Assembly: GCA_039096225.1 (NCBI GenBank)
Contig: JBBPEB010000002.1
Location: forward strand, 434,001 to 498,000
Direction of reading: 5' to 3'
DNA from: Blastocystis sp. Blastoise
Lineage: Eukaryota > Protista > Bigyra: Opalinata
Length of the DNA: 64,000 nucleotides
Part shown: positions 1 through 15,660 of the stretch, piece after piece
Layout: each line of letters begins with the position of its first letter
Position numbering within the stretch: the first letter of the stretch is position 1
The notes under the pieces: generated by a model
The model's input: the letters and a program-made list of their open reading frames with translations, nothing else
What the model was told of the DNA's origin: nothing
The model's database searches: none
Program-made: the position numbers and the translations under genes

Positions 1-1345
1 TTTTATTATCTAAAAAAAAAGAATATTAAGAAATATAATAAAAATATTAAATTATACCAAAATAATATATATATATATACTATCGATCTTTGATTCCAAA
101 GTGGAATCATCATTTGATCTAAAACTGAATAAAGAGCTTTGATTTCTAAGTATTATTTCATTTGTGACATTCCCATGATTATTCTCATTAAGAGAATCTA
201 AAGAAATATATAATCATAAAAATAATCATAAAAAAAAATAATCATTAAAATAACTTTAAAAATAGTCATAATCATAATAATCATGGAAATAATAATGAAA
301 AAAGTCATAAAAATAATCATTAAAATAGTCATAAAAATATCCATAAGAATAGTCATAAAAATAATTATAATAGTCATAATAGTCATAATAGTCATAGAAA
401 TAATATAATAAACCAACATATTCATGAAACATTATATATATATATTACTATATGAAATTAATATAATTACTTACCTGAATTTGTAAAGCCAAAAACCTTC
501 GATAAAACTTCTAGAGTTTGTGGAATTAAATCATTAAGTATTTCTTTAGCTAGAATAATACAAAAGGATAACAATAATAATGAATACATATATATATATA
601 TTTATATATATATACAATAATGCATCCCACTAACGCTCAGCATAGTACTTCTATCGAATTCTATTCTATTTGTTGCATTTTTATAGCCTATAAAAAATAA
701 ATAATTCATATAAAAAAAATATATATATACCTTTGTTAGATATACTAACACCATATTTTGAGAAATTCTTCGTATTCAGATTAGTATTACAATTTTGGTT
801 TGATATATTTCCATATTTGTGTTTCTTTGCTTTTTTATGTTTCTTATTTTTCTTTTCCGCCGATCCATCTTTCGCTGAATTTTCATTAAGTTTATTATCA
901 GAAGCAGAAGTAATATTAGAAGAATTATATATATCTTTTGAATTATTAGTAGTAGTATTAGTTACATCAGTAGCTTCTTTCTTTTCTTTTTGTTTAAAAG
1001 AGACATAATCTGATAAACTTAATATTTTTTTAAATTCAATTGGATTATAATTTTTATCGTCACTTTTTATATCTATAATTTATAAGAATAATCAAGAGTT
1101 TATTTTAATATAAGATTTATATATATATATTCATACCTATTTTTGAAGATGATTCAAGAGGAGGAGCAGAAGAAAAACTGTAAAGTACTGGATATTCATC
1201 TATATATTTATGAGAAAAGTAATTATAATTTTTATCAAATATAAAAATTACCACAGTCTGATTGATCTATTAATATCCTTAATTTAGCAGCCCAAAAGTA
1301 CGGTGTCTTACACACTTTCACCTTTATTGACTTTGTTATTAACTT
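1..1345 (-). CDS. Spliced hypothetical protein gene, runs off window start; 5' end not resolved
   Basis: Minus-strand exons bounded by AG/GT join into a plausible reading frame: ~1250-1330 (VKVCKTPYFWAAKLRILIDQSDC), ~1137-1199 (DEYPVLYSFSSAPPLESSSKI), ~731-1073 (Lys/Asn-rich), ~617-687, ~475-549 (KEILNDLIPQTLEVLSKVFGFTNS), ~81-197. No family recognised. Confidence 0.6.
205..400. repeat. Degenerate 9-12 bp minisatellite (ataatcataaaa/atagtcata) inside an intron
   Basis: Repeated aatcata/agtcata units; source of the spurious ORF 198-425. Confidence 0.7.
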
Positions 1346-2920
1346 TTATAAAATAAAAATAACATCATAAAAACAGGAACACAATTCTAAAAATGACTGT
1401 TAAAGAAATTTTTCGAAAAATCTTAATTCCTGGCTAAAAAACGCAAAAAAACCATTTTCGCACAAAATTTTAACCAAAATTATTGGATTATTTTTATTTT
1501 ATCCAATATTTTTTATTTTCATAAAAACACTTATTTTTCGTTTTTCATTTTTTATTGTTTTCTCATTTTTTCTATATCTATTCACATACTCTATATTTAT
1601 TTTTATAAAATTAACTTTTATTGACGGGTTGGTCTTATAAATAGTTTTGACGCGTAAATTTGTTTATATTTAGAACTTGACAACATATCAATACACACAT
1701 CACTAACTTTTTACTCTAAAATGGTTTCAGTTGTTATGATAATGACCTCAAATAATCTGAAACAACAATAATTCCTTTAAATAACAACAAAAGACAGACT
1801 GATATCCGACACATTCCTTTTGAATAAACTTATTTGAGCTTTAATATATTTATTTAACTCTATATCCGTCATAAATATGTTTTATATTTTAATAATATCA
1901 TTTAAAAAAGAAATATTTGTTTATAAAAATTTTTCATATTTGATACCAAATTATATAATCTTGATATCTCTATTCACTGGCAGGCATATTTATGGAAATA
2001 AAACTCCGCGTTATGAGAATTTTTTCTTAATTATTTTTAAGACCATTTCAGATTACCTTTTTGATCGACAAAAGAATGATGCTTTAATTTCTTCTAATTT
2101 TTTAGTTATAAAATAACTCCCTGGTTTTCTGATTATAATTTAAAAAATGATACTTGACAAAACAAAACAATTATTCTAATTAGCATATTATTTTTATATA
2201 AATTTTATATTACAAAAACGAAATAAATAACAATAGATTAATTTATCAGTATATAATATATTATAAACAAAAAAAATTATTATTTTAGCTCTAATAATGC
2301 ATAGCTTCTGGTATATTAGTGTTTAATTAGTTTTGTTGTGTATAATACTAGACGATATCTATATATAGAAATGGATAAATTGTAAAAAAAAGTAAATACC
2401 TTCTATATTAATATGTTCTTGATTTGAAATACTATATAAAAAAATTATGAAAAATGTAAATGACATACCTTAATTGTTGAACAAACAGTGATCTAATAAG
2501 TTGGAAGTCACCTTTAAAATGGTACTATATATAATAAAAACAAACTAAAATTAAGTATAGCATTTACAAAAAATTCTCTATATAAAGCAATTTGAAAACA
2601 TAGAAGCCTAAAATAATATAAACAAAACAATATAGTATAATTACTTGGATTTTATTGTAAAACTGTTAAAAACATAAAAGAAATATGTAGAAATATATAT
2701 ATATATAAATAAGAAAATAAAGAAAATATAAGAAATTTCTTGATAATAAACCAATCAAGAATCAATAAAAAAATCAATTAATTGTATTTTGAATTGCGTC
2801 ATATATGACGCTAATATTATCTATTATTTTTTGATTGGCTTTATAAATATAATCGGTTTTCTCTATTTTATTAAAATTGGATTCCCATAAGTATATCTAT
2901 ATATATATTATATTTAGTGT

Positions 2921-3641
2921 TTAAACAGTAAAAGAATAAAATAAAACAAATATTAATATAATATATAAATATACAAAGATATCATTCTTTTTAATTGTAC
3001 TTTTCTGTATTTTCTTTCCATTTGAAATAAGTTGAAAACCAAAAAAAGAATGAAATGTACATTTATTCAATTTATCCGCTAATGAAGATCTCACTTCTTT
3101 AATAATAGTATAGTCATCAACATAAATTGTAGATAAATAACTTAAAAAGTATTTCTTAATAATTTTTAAAATAAGAAGGTATAAAGAATTATGAATATTC
3201 AATCTATTACATTCTTCAGAATGTATAAACATATCTTTTGCACTATTTCTTTCTCGTTGACTTAAAACATATGGAATATATTGTAGTACTTTCTACAAAT
3301 AATATAATTAAATTGCAAAAATATGTATATACCTTAATCATTCTTGTAGACGTTTTACATGAAGTAACGCTAATCCCATTATTCAGAGCTATCTTTCTTA
3401 AAGCAGTTTCTAAATCATCTGTTAAATACTTTGTCCCATAATCACCTAGATACAAAACTAATTGAATAAAAGATTAGTTATATACTTTTTCGATTGGGAA
3501 ACCTGATAGTACAATAAAATTCTTTACATGCAAGACTGATATTCATTTTGAATCTTCTAATTTTTTTAATATCCTCAACAGTTAGCTTACTATTCTTCCT
3601 AATAATTCAATTATGCAAATATAAATTCATAAATACTCCAT
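2921..3641 (-). CDS. CACTA-A divergent companion gene (spliced, ~200 aa, function unknown); 3' end may extend further
   Basis: ATG at 3641 (ATGGA|gtattt), then exons KNSKLTVEDIKKIRRFKMNISLACKEF, YLTDDLETALRKIALNNGISVTS, LLILKIIKKYFLSY..VDDYTIIKEVRSSLADK..FGFQLI; colinear homologue at 16604-17333. Confidence 0.7.
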
Positions 3642-3707
3642 TCAAGTAAGATAATTAAAATAATAATTAAAATCCAATCACTTTTTTTTCTATTTGTTCA
3701 AGCTATA

Positions 3708-6700
3708 ATGAGAACAAGGACATATGGCTTTCATGGTTTTGAATCTAAAAAAAAGAGTATGATAATAGAATGACTGCTTTAATTATACTAGGGATTGATG
3801 ACAGTGATGCATTCATAGATTCAGTAAACACATGGATAATAAATGATGAAAATATGTACGAACAGCCTTCAGATTTTTTTTGTGACCCATTATTCATTGA
3901 TTCACCTGCTGGACCACTGTTGAAGAATATATTTAATTCTGTATTTGTTTATCATTACTGTTATCTGTAATAATTAATATATTTTTTCTACTAGCAACAA
4001 AAATGTACTATGAATGATACAAGGGAATCAAGAATAGAAGATATAATATTTAAATATTGGTGCCAACTCAATGTTAGTAAATCAAAAATAAGAATTCTAT
4101 ATGAATTAATAAACGAGGCAATTCATATTCTAGTTCCTCAACAACCAAGTATTCCAATACCTCGAAATGGTCAGGATGTAGTAAGAAAGTATTGTAACAC
4201 ACATAGTGAAATGCCAATATATAAGAATATATATATCTGTAAAACATGTAATTCCTTTTTGGGATATAATACAGGAAGAAATTTGTTAAAACCAATAAGA
4301 GTAACTTGTCATAGAGAAGAATGTGATAATACAATAGGTATATTATGTATTTTATTATCTTAAATAAATTTCAGCCATTATTATATGTTTATAATATAGG
4401 TACAAAAATATCAATAGTACCTCTCATACCAAGAATTCGTTATCTATTATCTTCCAAAGATTTAATACAGGATATATCATTCTATGATAAAAACGAAATA
4501 TTTTCTGTTTTATCTTTAGGACAACAGAATTCTGAAAATATTCCATTATATATGTCAGGAGGTAACTATAGAAGATGTATTGAATCTGTGATTAATAATG
4601 GAGATATATTTCTGGTATTTAGTCTAACTTGTGATGGTATATCTCCTTTTAGTAACCCAGTTTCTAATGATAATGCTTCTTCTTTTCCAATACTTCTAAA
4701 ACTTCTCAACTACAATACTAATAGGAAAATCGATACTCGTTCTTATTGGCCATACTGTATTACAAATGAATCCTATTCTAATGTTGTTTTGGATATTATC
4801 GCTAAAGAGTTTAAACTACTATCTTCTGGTATCATTATGGATGTATATACAAATGGACATATAGAATCAAAACGAGTTGTTGCTATACTTTTGAATATAT
4901 ATGGTGACTGCGCGGCAATAACTCAAGTAGCTAGTTTTACAGGATCATCTTCATTATTTCCATGTCGTAATTGCGAACTACAATGGGATAGGAAGAATGA
5001 AACATTTCATAGTGGTATAAAGTGTTCATATAACAAGATAAAGCAATATATATCACTTGATACAGAAACAGGTAATATCATAACAGTCTCATATCCATCT
5101 TTCAGCCGAATTAATACTTATTCAGCAACATCATCAATATCGTCACAAATAGATCAGTGTAATATCTCCAGTCAGATAGTATTAAATAATATATCTAGTA
5201 AATATTTATATAAGGATGCTATTAATAATAATGATTATCCTATAAGAACTAAAGAATCTATTATTCAGAATAGAAATGAATGTGTTAAGGATAAATCTGT
5301 TAAAGGAGTTAAGCAAGTACCTGGAGTTTTTGAATCTTTGTTTTATTTTGATGCAGCAACTTTCTATAGTATAGACATAATGCATCTATTTAACAATATA
5401 GCAACTTTATTATTAAGTTTATTATTTCATTATAATAGTAATACATACATATCTATATTATCTAAGAATAAGAAAATAAATCCAGAGAACACACTGAAGA
5501 AACTTTATCTTAGTAAAGAAAACATTCTAATACTTCAAACAAGAATTCAAGGAATAAATACGTTATATAATAAGAATGAATATGAATTTCGTTATATTCT
5601 AGATGAAAAGAAGTTTAATCATATGTCTTCTCATACACGTATCTTCTTTATTTCCTATATTCTTCCTCTTATAACATATGGATTTACTGTTAAGGATTCT
5701 CCAATTGTTTTACTAATAAGTCCTTTTGCAACTGTTGTTCGTCAAATACAGCGTTATAATGGTAATACTGAAAATCATCTATTGCAAGTTCTCAAAGATC
5801 AATGTTTCTTATTTTGTTTTCTATGTGAACTCTTATTACCTAGAGAACTCATTAATTCCCAAATTCATCTTATTCAACACCTTCATCTAACTATTCAAAA
5901 TGTAGGATCATTACAATATGGATCAACATATGAATCTGAACGCTATTATTCATTTTTAAAACGATCTACATTTGGGAGACAACATTTTAATAATTCGTGT
6001 ATAGTATTCATAATAGAAAAAGAGGTGATTAGTATTAGTAGTAATACTGTTTCTATTCCAGATCATATTAATGATTCTCAAGTCTCAATTGAAGATAGAT
6101 CAGCTGAGAATGATAATATTAGTGATTATAATTATATAAATTATCAGGAAGATAATATTCAAGGTTTTAAAGAGATAAACATAAATAAAGGGAGTATACA
6201 TATGATAAAAGGTATAAGAGCTATGGATAGGATGGAACTCTCAGAATTGGAAATAAAAGATGTTTTAAAGATATTAATACATTCAAATAATCATATTATT
6301 AATAGATTATTATTCAAAAATATAAATATAAATAATATAGAAGCTGTATTAGAAGAAACTAATAATGAAGATGTATTTCACAGTCTAGTGAATAACTTTA
6401 GAAACATTGAAACATATTTCTATTCTGAAATCATAATAAATAGATATAAAATATTCTCATCATCATCAGAAGATGAAGGAGTAGAACAACGTGATAATTC
6501 ATATATTATGTATATTACTAACGACATAAATGGAAAATCAGAGATTCATTTGATAAAGGCATTGTACTATCTCCAAATTGGTAATTTAATATTAATAAGA
6601 AAACACGAATATCCTTTGGCACATGAATCAATGACTAATTTGTATTACATTATAAAAGATTCAAATAGAATAATGTCCAGAGAAAATAAATTTTCATCAA

Positions 6701-6940
6701 GTTTCTTATCTATAGTGGATATTGTACCCGAAAATATAATTATTGCTGATATTCACGAAGATAAACATAATATAGTAAATGAATCTTTTGAGACAGAATT
6801 GGTATTTAATTACTTTATACTTTTACATTATATATATATAGAATCAAGGAAAACAAAGGAAGAAAGAAAATCATACCGTTCAAGGAAATAGTGTGACTAC
6901 CAATACAGTATTCATGGCACGTTACGAAAGCTATATTTAA
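3708..6940 (+). CDS. CACTA/EnSpm (CMC superfamily) DDE transposase A, 4 exons; one frameshift in an A8 run at 3747-3754
   Basis: Exons 3708-3940, 3995-4337, 4400-6801, 6842-6940 splice in frame. Motifs: CxxC..CxxxxC, LTCDGISPF, GDCAAI..FPCRNC, IDIMH, HLIQHL..YESERYYSFLK. One extra A in exon 1 restores the frame (mutation or sequencing error). Confidence 0.85.
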
Positions 6941-7299
6941 TAATCTGCTTATTACAATGATCATCATATAATAAAGTATTATATATATCTATAATGATTT
7001 ATTAAAACTATATATCTCTCTTATATAATTCTTATCTCCCTCATATATTTGTAAGTACCTATCTAGTATTCTAATTATTCACATTAGTAACGATTTGTTT
7101 TGTTTTTAGACAGGAGAATATACACAATTTGTATAATCATTTCTTCTAAATATGACTCCATATATATTATGTATTAATAAAGGGACAAATAATACTCTAT
7201 ATAGTATAACTAGTTGAAGCATATTGTAAGCTTTTTCATATGCAAAACTAAAATATTTATTATCTCTTTTCTTGAATTAATTAGAATATATAATAAATA

Positions 7300-10200
7300 G
7301 TATAGGTCAAAACATCTTCAGTATAAAAGAGAATATTAGAGTATTTTCATAAGAAGTGGCTATATGTTTATTTATCATGATAATTTGATATATAAAAGAC
7401 ATTATTCTACCTATACTTCTTTAATATATAATATAAACGTTATGATTAGAATTAATATTTTGTTATTATTAATTATAAAATAATTTCAAGTAAGAATAAT
7501 CGATATTCAGTAACACTTGATTATAAATATTTGAATAGAAGATAAATTAGAATAGATTATATTAGTAAAAGGATTGAATTAGTTGCAAATAGAGTTAATG
7601 ATGGAATAATATTTTGATTCAATAATAAGTTAAGAAAGTATTGATTGTAGTAACACAGAATTAGTATTAATAGTAGCTAAAAGGGAGTAATAATGCCTTA
7701 AAAAATTGATACGAAAGAATAGTATTCAACAAACAATATATTTTGTATTTTTTAGCATGAATAAATAGGTACATATATATATTCAAATATTATGTAGTAT
7801 TAAAGAAAAACCAAATGCAACCATAATAATCATAAGAAAATATAAATATCTGAAGAAAGATATTATTCTAATTTAGTATATGATTAGTAGTTATATATTA
7901 AATATTGCAATATTGGGGATAGTATACATGAAAGTAACATGACTTCATATTAATAGTATTAATATATTCAAGATTAATAGTATTAATTAAATGGATATAT
8001 AAATACTAAATGCTGATCAAATAATATGAATTATTATAATAAAATCACTAATATATACTGAATAATAAGAAGTATAGAAATAGCAATAAGATTATAGAAA
8101 TAATACCAGATGTTTAATATATATAAGTATCATTTAAATCAATTAAGATTTTAAGAATTAAATGGAACAATATTCGTAATATGAGTATTTGATATTGAAT
8201 TATTGTAAAAAGAAATAGTTATTGGCATATTAAAAGTAGTAGAATGAATGAATAGTGGAACTCAGAAATTTGTGGAATAATAGTATTACTAGATAATTAA
8301 TTCTATTAAATTATATATAATAATATAAGTGACTATTATTAAAAGTAACCAATGAGAATAAAAGTAGGAAAAATTAAAGGCTTTTAGAAGCATAAGCACA
8401 GTAGAATTGATTATCATTATAGATGTTGTAAATATATTTATATTGAATAAATATGAATAACATAATTCATTGAATGTATGATGATGAGAAAGATTATCAT
8501 ATAAATCAAGATATTAATTGATTGATATGTAGTTTAATATTAGTTGGTACCATATAATTAAAGAAGAATTGTAGTACTATTAGTTATATGAGTACTAATA
8601 CTAGAAACTAGTGGGGAAAGTAAAAACAAATACCAAATAGTAAATATAAATGCCAAATTTGTGCCATGTAGATGTTTTAAGAATATAAATAGTAGGTAGA
8701 ATAGAAGGAATATCATAAATGTTGTGATCATATTAAATATATATATTTATCTAACGGAGACCAATAATACAAATAGTAGGTGAAGTAGAAACATCATTGA
8801 TGAACACTCTCGACACAGTGATAAGCATATACAAATAGGATCAAATATATTAAAAACCTAGGATAAAGGAATAATGTTCATGCTTCTGAGTATGATATAA
8901 GAATTAAAACAAATAAACAACAGAAATAAAATAAAAACTATCATTAGTTAATATAAAATGAATAAATGAAGTGATGTGAATAATATATATGTTGAAATTG
9001 AATATAATAAACAAATAAATGATCAGAATTAATTTCATCAGTAATATGAGTACCGAAATTACAAGAAATAAAAACGGTAATATCATGCAAAATTAGACTC
9101 ATGCCTTTAATAATAAATTGTAAATGAAAACAACCTGCTTTCAATGCAATAGTTATAATTCTTATTATAGTCACAATAATCTCAAATGTTACAATTAGTG
9201 ATATTGAAATTGTTAATGATAATCAATAAGGGGATTTTTGTTTGAACAAAAGAGTTATAAGAAAAGATGGACTATTAATCAATATGTGTTGTATAATATA
9301 TGAAGTAAGTATAATAGCTTTAGTGATAGTAAACATATGTATAGTATACTTTTTGGTTATGATCGAAGTAATATTGAATAATAAGAAGAATTCAATTAAT
9401 ATAGAATCTTTGAAGCATATCAATGTTGAAATCAACTGTATATTTGTTAATAATAGAAAGAAACTGAATAAAATAGTATTGTTTCAATTAAAATAGTATC
9501 AAATATATGATGATACGCATTATGGGATAAATAAACCTTGAGAAAATGATAGATATAATAAATCAGAATGTAATACAAGTTTATACAGGTTGAGTGAAAC
9601 AGTAACTAGTAATAAGTGAGGAGTAGTAGTAAATCAAATCATCATATATAATTGTATAAATGATGAATATAATTGTGAAAATAGAATAAAATATAGGATA
9701 AGGAGTAATTTAGAAATAAACAACGAAGTAAATCATAATATCACCATAATGATCATTTGTAATATCCAAAGAATAATACATATAACAGGAGAAAGATGCA
9801 AGAAATGACATAATTAAGCCACAATTCGAGAGAGAGAATAATCACATGTTTAAAGAGTTTATATAGAACTAATAAATAAATCCAATAACAAGAAAATCAG
9901 AAATAATTATATAAACAAAGCAACTATCAGTGCTCGTATGTAATATTAAAAGTAGTAGGGATCAGTAACTATGGAACAATAAACTGACAAGAACAGAATT
10001 AATAACTCTGATAATAGAACAATTTAATACATAATCGAAAGAAACAAACACATAATTGATAAAAAGAATAATGAATAAAAACGTAATCATCTTCTATTTA
10101 TATTGATAGATTTTTATCACATTAAAAATAAGTTAACGAGAAGAAATATTAGGATGAATACATTATACCTAAAGGTATTTAATTGTATTATTAAATTAAT

Positions 10201-10900
10201 ATTTTAAATCAATTAATGAATATAACACTAGTTATATGTTCATAATAAGAAAATGATATGAAAGTGGAGAGTTATTTTTATTTTATGTAAGCAGCAATAA
10301 TAGATTACTTGAAATATAATGAAAGAGAAAAGTATACAAAAAGATACTAGGGAGTAGTAGGAAGTATAAATATATAGCTGTTTTTTATAACTATTAATTT
10401 AATAACGTGAATATCAAGACCTTAATAAAAGGAACATATAGCATTATTAGGTTTATTATTAGAGTTGACAAGACTAAAAATCTAATTTCGAATAATTTGA
10501 ATGTATCTGAATCATATTATAATGCTTAGCTAATATATAATTATTAATAGTTGTATCAGAAGAGTAAGTACAGAACTATTAATATATGCATCTCAAGAAT
10601 ATCAAAGAGAATTAATATAATAGCGGCGATAGAATATATATTATTTAATATAAGCATATTTCATTGTTTAGACTCACTCTTATTGCTCTAGTATTATATA
10701 AGAAACATAAATGAGCATTTTAGTAATTGAATATTGTTAGAAGGAGGATTAATAAAGGAATATATGTTATACAATGAAAAATAATTAGTATAATTCATAA
10801 AAACACACCAGAATCTGGCAAAAAGTAATAAAATTGTATTAGTTTGCCTAGAAGACAAATAACGAGAAGTGTAGATACATATATTAGTAATAAGTAGAAG
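7300..10900 (+). pseudogene. Heavily decayed coding-like cargo inside CACTA-A, unidentified
   Basis: Purine-biased plus strand with short protein-like stretches (RPIIQIVGEVETSLMNTLDTV, KDARNDIIKPQFERE, RRVSTELLIYASQEYQREL) broken by many stops. Confidence 0.35.
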
Positions 10901-12538
10901 ATTCCTAATTATAATAAACAACTTGATCTATATATATTGGTTCGATTTAGTAGATGATAATAATAAAATATACCTATATTTGTGGAGGAAGGTGAAATAT
11001 AAGCATATATATATACTATAAATGGTTCATAAACCATAAGGATCATTGATTGTATTTAGGAAATAATTCATACTGTTTTAATCTAATATAGAAAAGTGAA
11101 AACCATAATGAAGTATCTATTTTAAATTAAATGAGATCATAATGTAAAATAAGATAATGAATTATAAACATCCATATCTATATTAATATTATAAATAGAT
11201 AAATAATTATAAATATTCAAATATATAGTAATAAAAACTAAATGAATATATAAAAAGAATAATTAAATAATAAATGAACGAATATTTATTAATAATAATG
11301 CTGAAAATAAGCATAATTAATCAGATAATAGTATATAAATTCTGTTAAAATATTATTTATCATAAAATTAATAAATTTCTTTTAATTAAATTCTAATTTT
11401 AAAATTATTCTCAGAAAAACAAAAAATAACATAAATAAAAAATAATAGAATTAAACGAATCATAAAAAGAAAGAAATAATTAAAGAAATAAAATCATTTA
11501 TGTTAAAACAAGACATAATTATATACTTTTGCTTTCTTTTATGTTGATAAAGAACTAATATTTGAATGATAAGTCCTCATAATAACTTGTTATGTGTAAA
11601 AAAATTCTAAATACCTATATAGTTCATAATGTAGAAAATGCATGCTAAATTATAACAAAATATGTATACTAGTATCTATCTAAGGTTTGAACATAACGGG
11701 CAAATTGAAATAAATTATGGTCACGGTTATGTATTTGTTCTCTTTTAAAATACGAAGAATTAAATTTTTTCTTCGCTTTAAAAACGAAGAATTTTCGACA
11801 AAAAAAAATTTTAAAATTAATTCTTGGAGTTGAGTCAAGTGTTCTAAAGGATTCAAAATGAGTTTAATCAGCATTTATTTGGTGTATAACATAAAGGGAA
11901 TCTCGAAAATTTAAAGTACTCATTATGTCAAAATTGTCAATTAAGTATATAAAGTATTTCAACCATATATCTATTACGAAAATGTATTTTATTTAAAGTC
12001 ATAAACATTTAGAAACAAATTAAAGTGACTGTATTTGAAAAATGTAAAAAAAAGCCTTTGTTTAAAGTTTTGATTAGTTTATATTATGGCGCATCTCATA
12101 ATACACTAATAGGTGATTTTCTTGGGACTGAAAAAGCGTCAAATGTAAAATTCTCACTTACTTTTTTTAAGACTAATTCAGATTCTCTCTTTTAGATAAA
12201 ATTAGCAGTGAAAAAAACTCTTTTTGATTTGCTAGATTCTATAAACTAGCTAATCAGTTTGATCAAAATGAATGGCTTAAAAATATAAGAATTTTCTAGA
12301 ATTTTCTTTATCAATTAATAACAGATTTCCGTTCTTGGTAGTTAAAAATATTATTGACAATCATAATACATTTCTGTTCTAACAAAACGATTTTGTACAC
12401 ATTATTACATAATCATACAGAATAATATATAAATATATATATATAACGAAATAAGTCATAATCAGATAAAAATTAAAATGATAAGAATAAATAAAAAATT
12501 ATTGTTTTCACTGTAAACGAAAAAGGCCATCTATATAA

Positions 12539-12569
<31 letters not shown>

Positions 12570-12856
12570 TTAATAATAATAATAATAATAACCAAACGGA
12601 AAAAACATTAACCCATATAATAAACTAATAATAATAATAGTAATAATAATAATTATATACACAACCAAATGAAAAAACATTAACCTATATAAATTATATA
12701 AATTAATAATAATAATAATATCATACATAAGCAAATAGAAAGTCCTAACCTATATAAATAAATAATAAAAATAATAATTATAATAATAATAGTAATAATA
12801 AATATAATAATATACAAAACCAAATAAAAATCGATTAACCTAGATAAATTATATAA

Positions 12857-12929
<73 letters not shown>

Positions 12930-13869
12930 TCATACATAAGCAAATAAAAAGTCACTAACCTATATAAATTAATAATAATAGTTACTATAATAATAATAAT
13001 AATAATTATATACACAAACAAAAATAAATCATTTATCTATATAAATTAATATTAATAATAATAAATCTAATAATAATAATAATAGTAATAATTATATACA
13101 CAAACAAAAGAAATAATCATTTATCTATATAGATTATTATTAATAATAATAAATCTAATAATAATAATAATAATAATATTTATATACACAACCAAAAGAA
13201 ATAATTATTTATCTATATAAATTATTATTAATCATTACTATATATATGAGAATAGGCAAAAAAATTCCCATTGGTCAGTTTTTGGAGAATGCATTTGATT
13301 GGCTACTATATACTAGAGTTTGTACCCACAACTCCTCTAAACTTACGGGGAGTTAACTTTTCGTTGAAACACAGTTCAATAGGATATAACATGTAGTTGT
13401 GCACCATATATTTGGTTAAGCGATATTATTAATAATTAAAAAGTTATTAATAAAAGAACAGAAAACATGATTTTTGAGTCGTTTTTGATTGGCTCTTTGG
13501 GATGACCCCGATAAAAATTGTTGACCAGACAATTGGAAAATAAACATGGGGTAAACTTGATTTTTTCTCAATCCCACAATATACGTTATCCGTGTTTATT
13601 CTTTATATTTATCTATTTTTTAATACTTTTTCATATTGAACACGTGAGGCCTTAACGGTCAAATTTAGATTCTTATTTTGACATCATATTCTGATTCAGG
13701 AGGTCCAAAAACCTAGGTGTAGCGATTTTCAGCTCCTGAGGACGATTTTTGAGTGATCCATATTTTCATCGATCTTCTTATAGTGGACTAATATTACAGC
13801 ATAGTAATCAATAGGTCATTAAACTACTATAGTTAAAACAAAGTCTTAAAATAACGAGTTTAAAAGTGA

Positions 13870-15340
13870 CAATTTTGAAAAATGTGAATTAAGTGGTCTT
13901 AGAGTGAGAGATTCAATATAATGACTTTTATTTAATAAATTAGACTTATAACTCTATACTATATTAAAAGGAGAGTCAAAATTATGAAGGTCAAAGTGTA
14001 TGAGCAAATGACAAAATGTGTCTTAAAAAGTAAAAGGGTTTGCATATGTGTTTAGAATCATGTATTAAGTCTATTTTATGAATAAGAGCTTTAAATAAAT
14101 AGTTTAAGGTTGTCAAATTCAAAAGAATGTGTAAAACATAGTCTTAGACTATGAATAAAAAATTTAGAGATATTAATTAGTGTACAGCTGTAGTAGCTCT
14201 ACAACATATCAAAAGTTCAAAGAAAATAATTTTTAGAGAGTGGATGTGTGAGGTGTTGTGACTATTATTTAAAATTTATTTTTACTTCAGTTTGTTTAAA
14301 ATCGTGAATTTCGTGCACTGTAAAAAAATTGAGTCAAAAAATCAACTCTAAGGGTCTTAAATTTAAAAAAATGTGAAAATGAGTGACTTAGAGGACGAGA
14401 TTCAAAATAAGAGCTTTTATTCATTAAACTAGAGTGTATGACCTATATTATGTTAAAAGAAGGGACAAAAATATTTTGATCAGAGTGTATGACCAAATGG
14501 TAAAGTGTCCTTAAAAAGTCTAAAGTGTTGACTAATGTGCTCATAGAGTCATATAGAGTCTACTATGAAAATATTAGCTTTTAAAAATGTGTTTAAGTCT
14601 TTCAATTAGTAAAAATATGTTCAAAGAGAGTCATAAAATGAGAGTTTTAAGAAACGAGATATTGTTCAGTATACACTAAGAGACACTCTACAACATATCA
14701 AAAATATAGCAAAAACTATTTTTAGAGACTGCATGTGTAAAGGGTTGTGAGAGTTATTGAAAAAATATTTTTACTTCAGTTTGAGCAAAATCGTGTTTTT
14801 GGAACACTGTAGAAAAATTAACTTCAAAAATCAACTCTAAGGGTCTTAATTTTTAAAAATGTGAAAATGATTGACTTAGAGGACGAGATTCAAAATTCCC
14901 CCTCACTTTTATATAACTAGAGCACACACTCTATATTATATCAAAAGGAGGGACGAAAATATTTTGGTCGAAGTAAATGAGCAAATGCAAAAGGTTTATA
15001 AAATGTCTTAAAGTGATCACCAATGTGTAGCTAACACTATACTGAGTATAGTATGTAAATATTAGCTTATAAAAATGAATTTAAGTGTGTCAACTTTTCA
15101 TAATGTGTCAAAAAAGGTCTTTAAGAAAGAGATTCAAAACATTTACTTTTATTTAATAAATAGTATGATAAACTCTATACTATATCAAAAGACTGAAGGA
15201 AATTATTTTGATACAGTGGATCTTGAATGGGTAAAGTCTCTTTAAAAGTTACATTTTCAAGTTATTTGTGTTTAAAATCATTAGTTGAAATTAATATAAA
15301 AATATTAACTTTTTAAATAATGTTTTAGTTGTCAAAGTGA
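13870..15340 (+). repeat. Three diverged ~488-bp internal tandem units in H1 (also in H2)
   Basis: aaaatgtgaa..cttagag..gagattcaa recurs at ~13880, ~14368, ~14856. Confidence 0.75.
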
Positions 15341-15660
15341 AAATGAATGTTGACTTTGTTATACTTAAAACTTCAAAATTCTTTTAAAAAGTATGAAAAT
15401 GAGTTTAAATTATTATATTATGCTAATTTAAATGAATTTTATAAATTAAAAATACTTCAAAGTACTTCACATTGTAACTCATTTCTGAAGTTATTGACTT
15501 TAAAAATTCACAAAATGCTTTAAACAGTTGTTTAATCATTACTAAATACAAAATATATTTTAAAAATAATTTTTTGTGATGAATATAACTCAAAATATTG
15601 TTTTTAATTAAAAGATAATTTTTATTTGTTTTCATTTCTTATTTAAAAAGTCTAAAATAA

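Noticed and set aside
1270-1330. PWWP domain in the left-edge gene (TPYFWAAK)
   Set aside because: Only a superficial motif resemblance; surrounding sequence does not support the domain.
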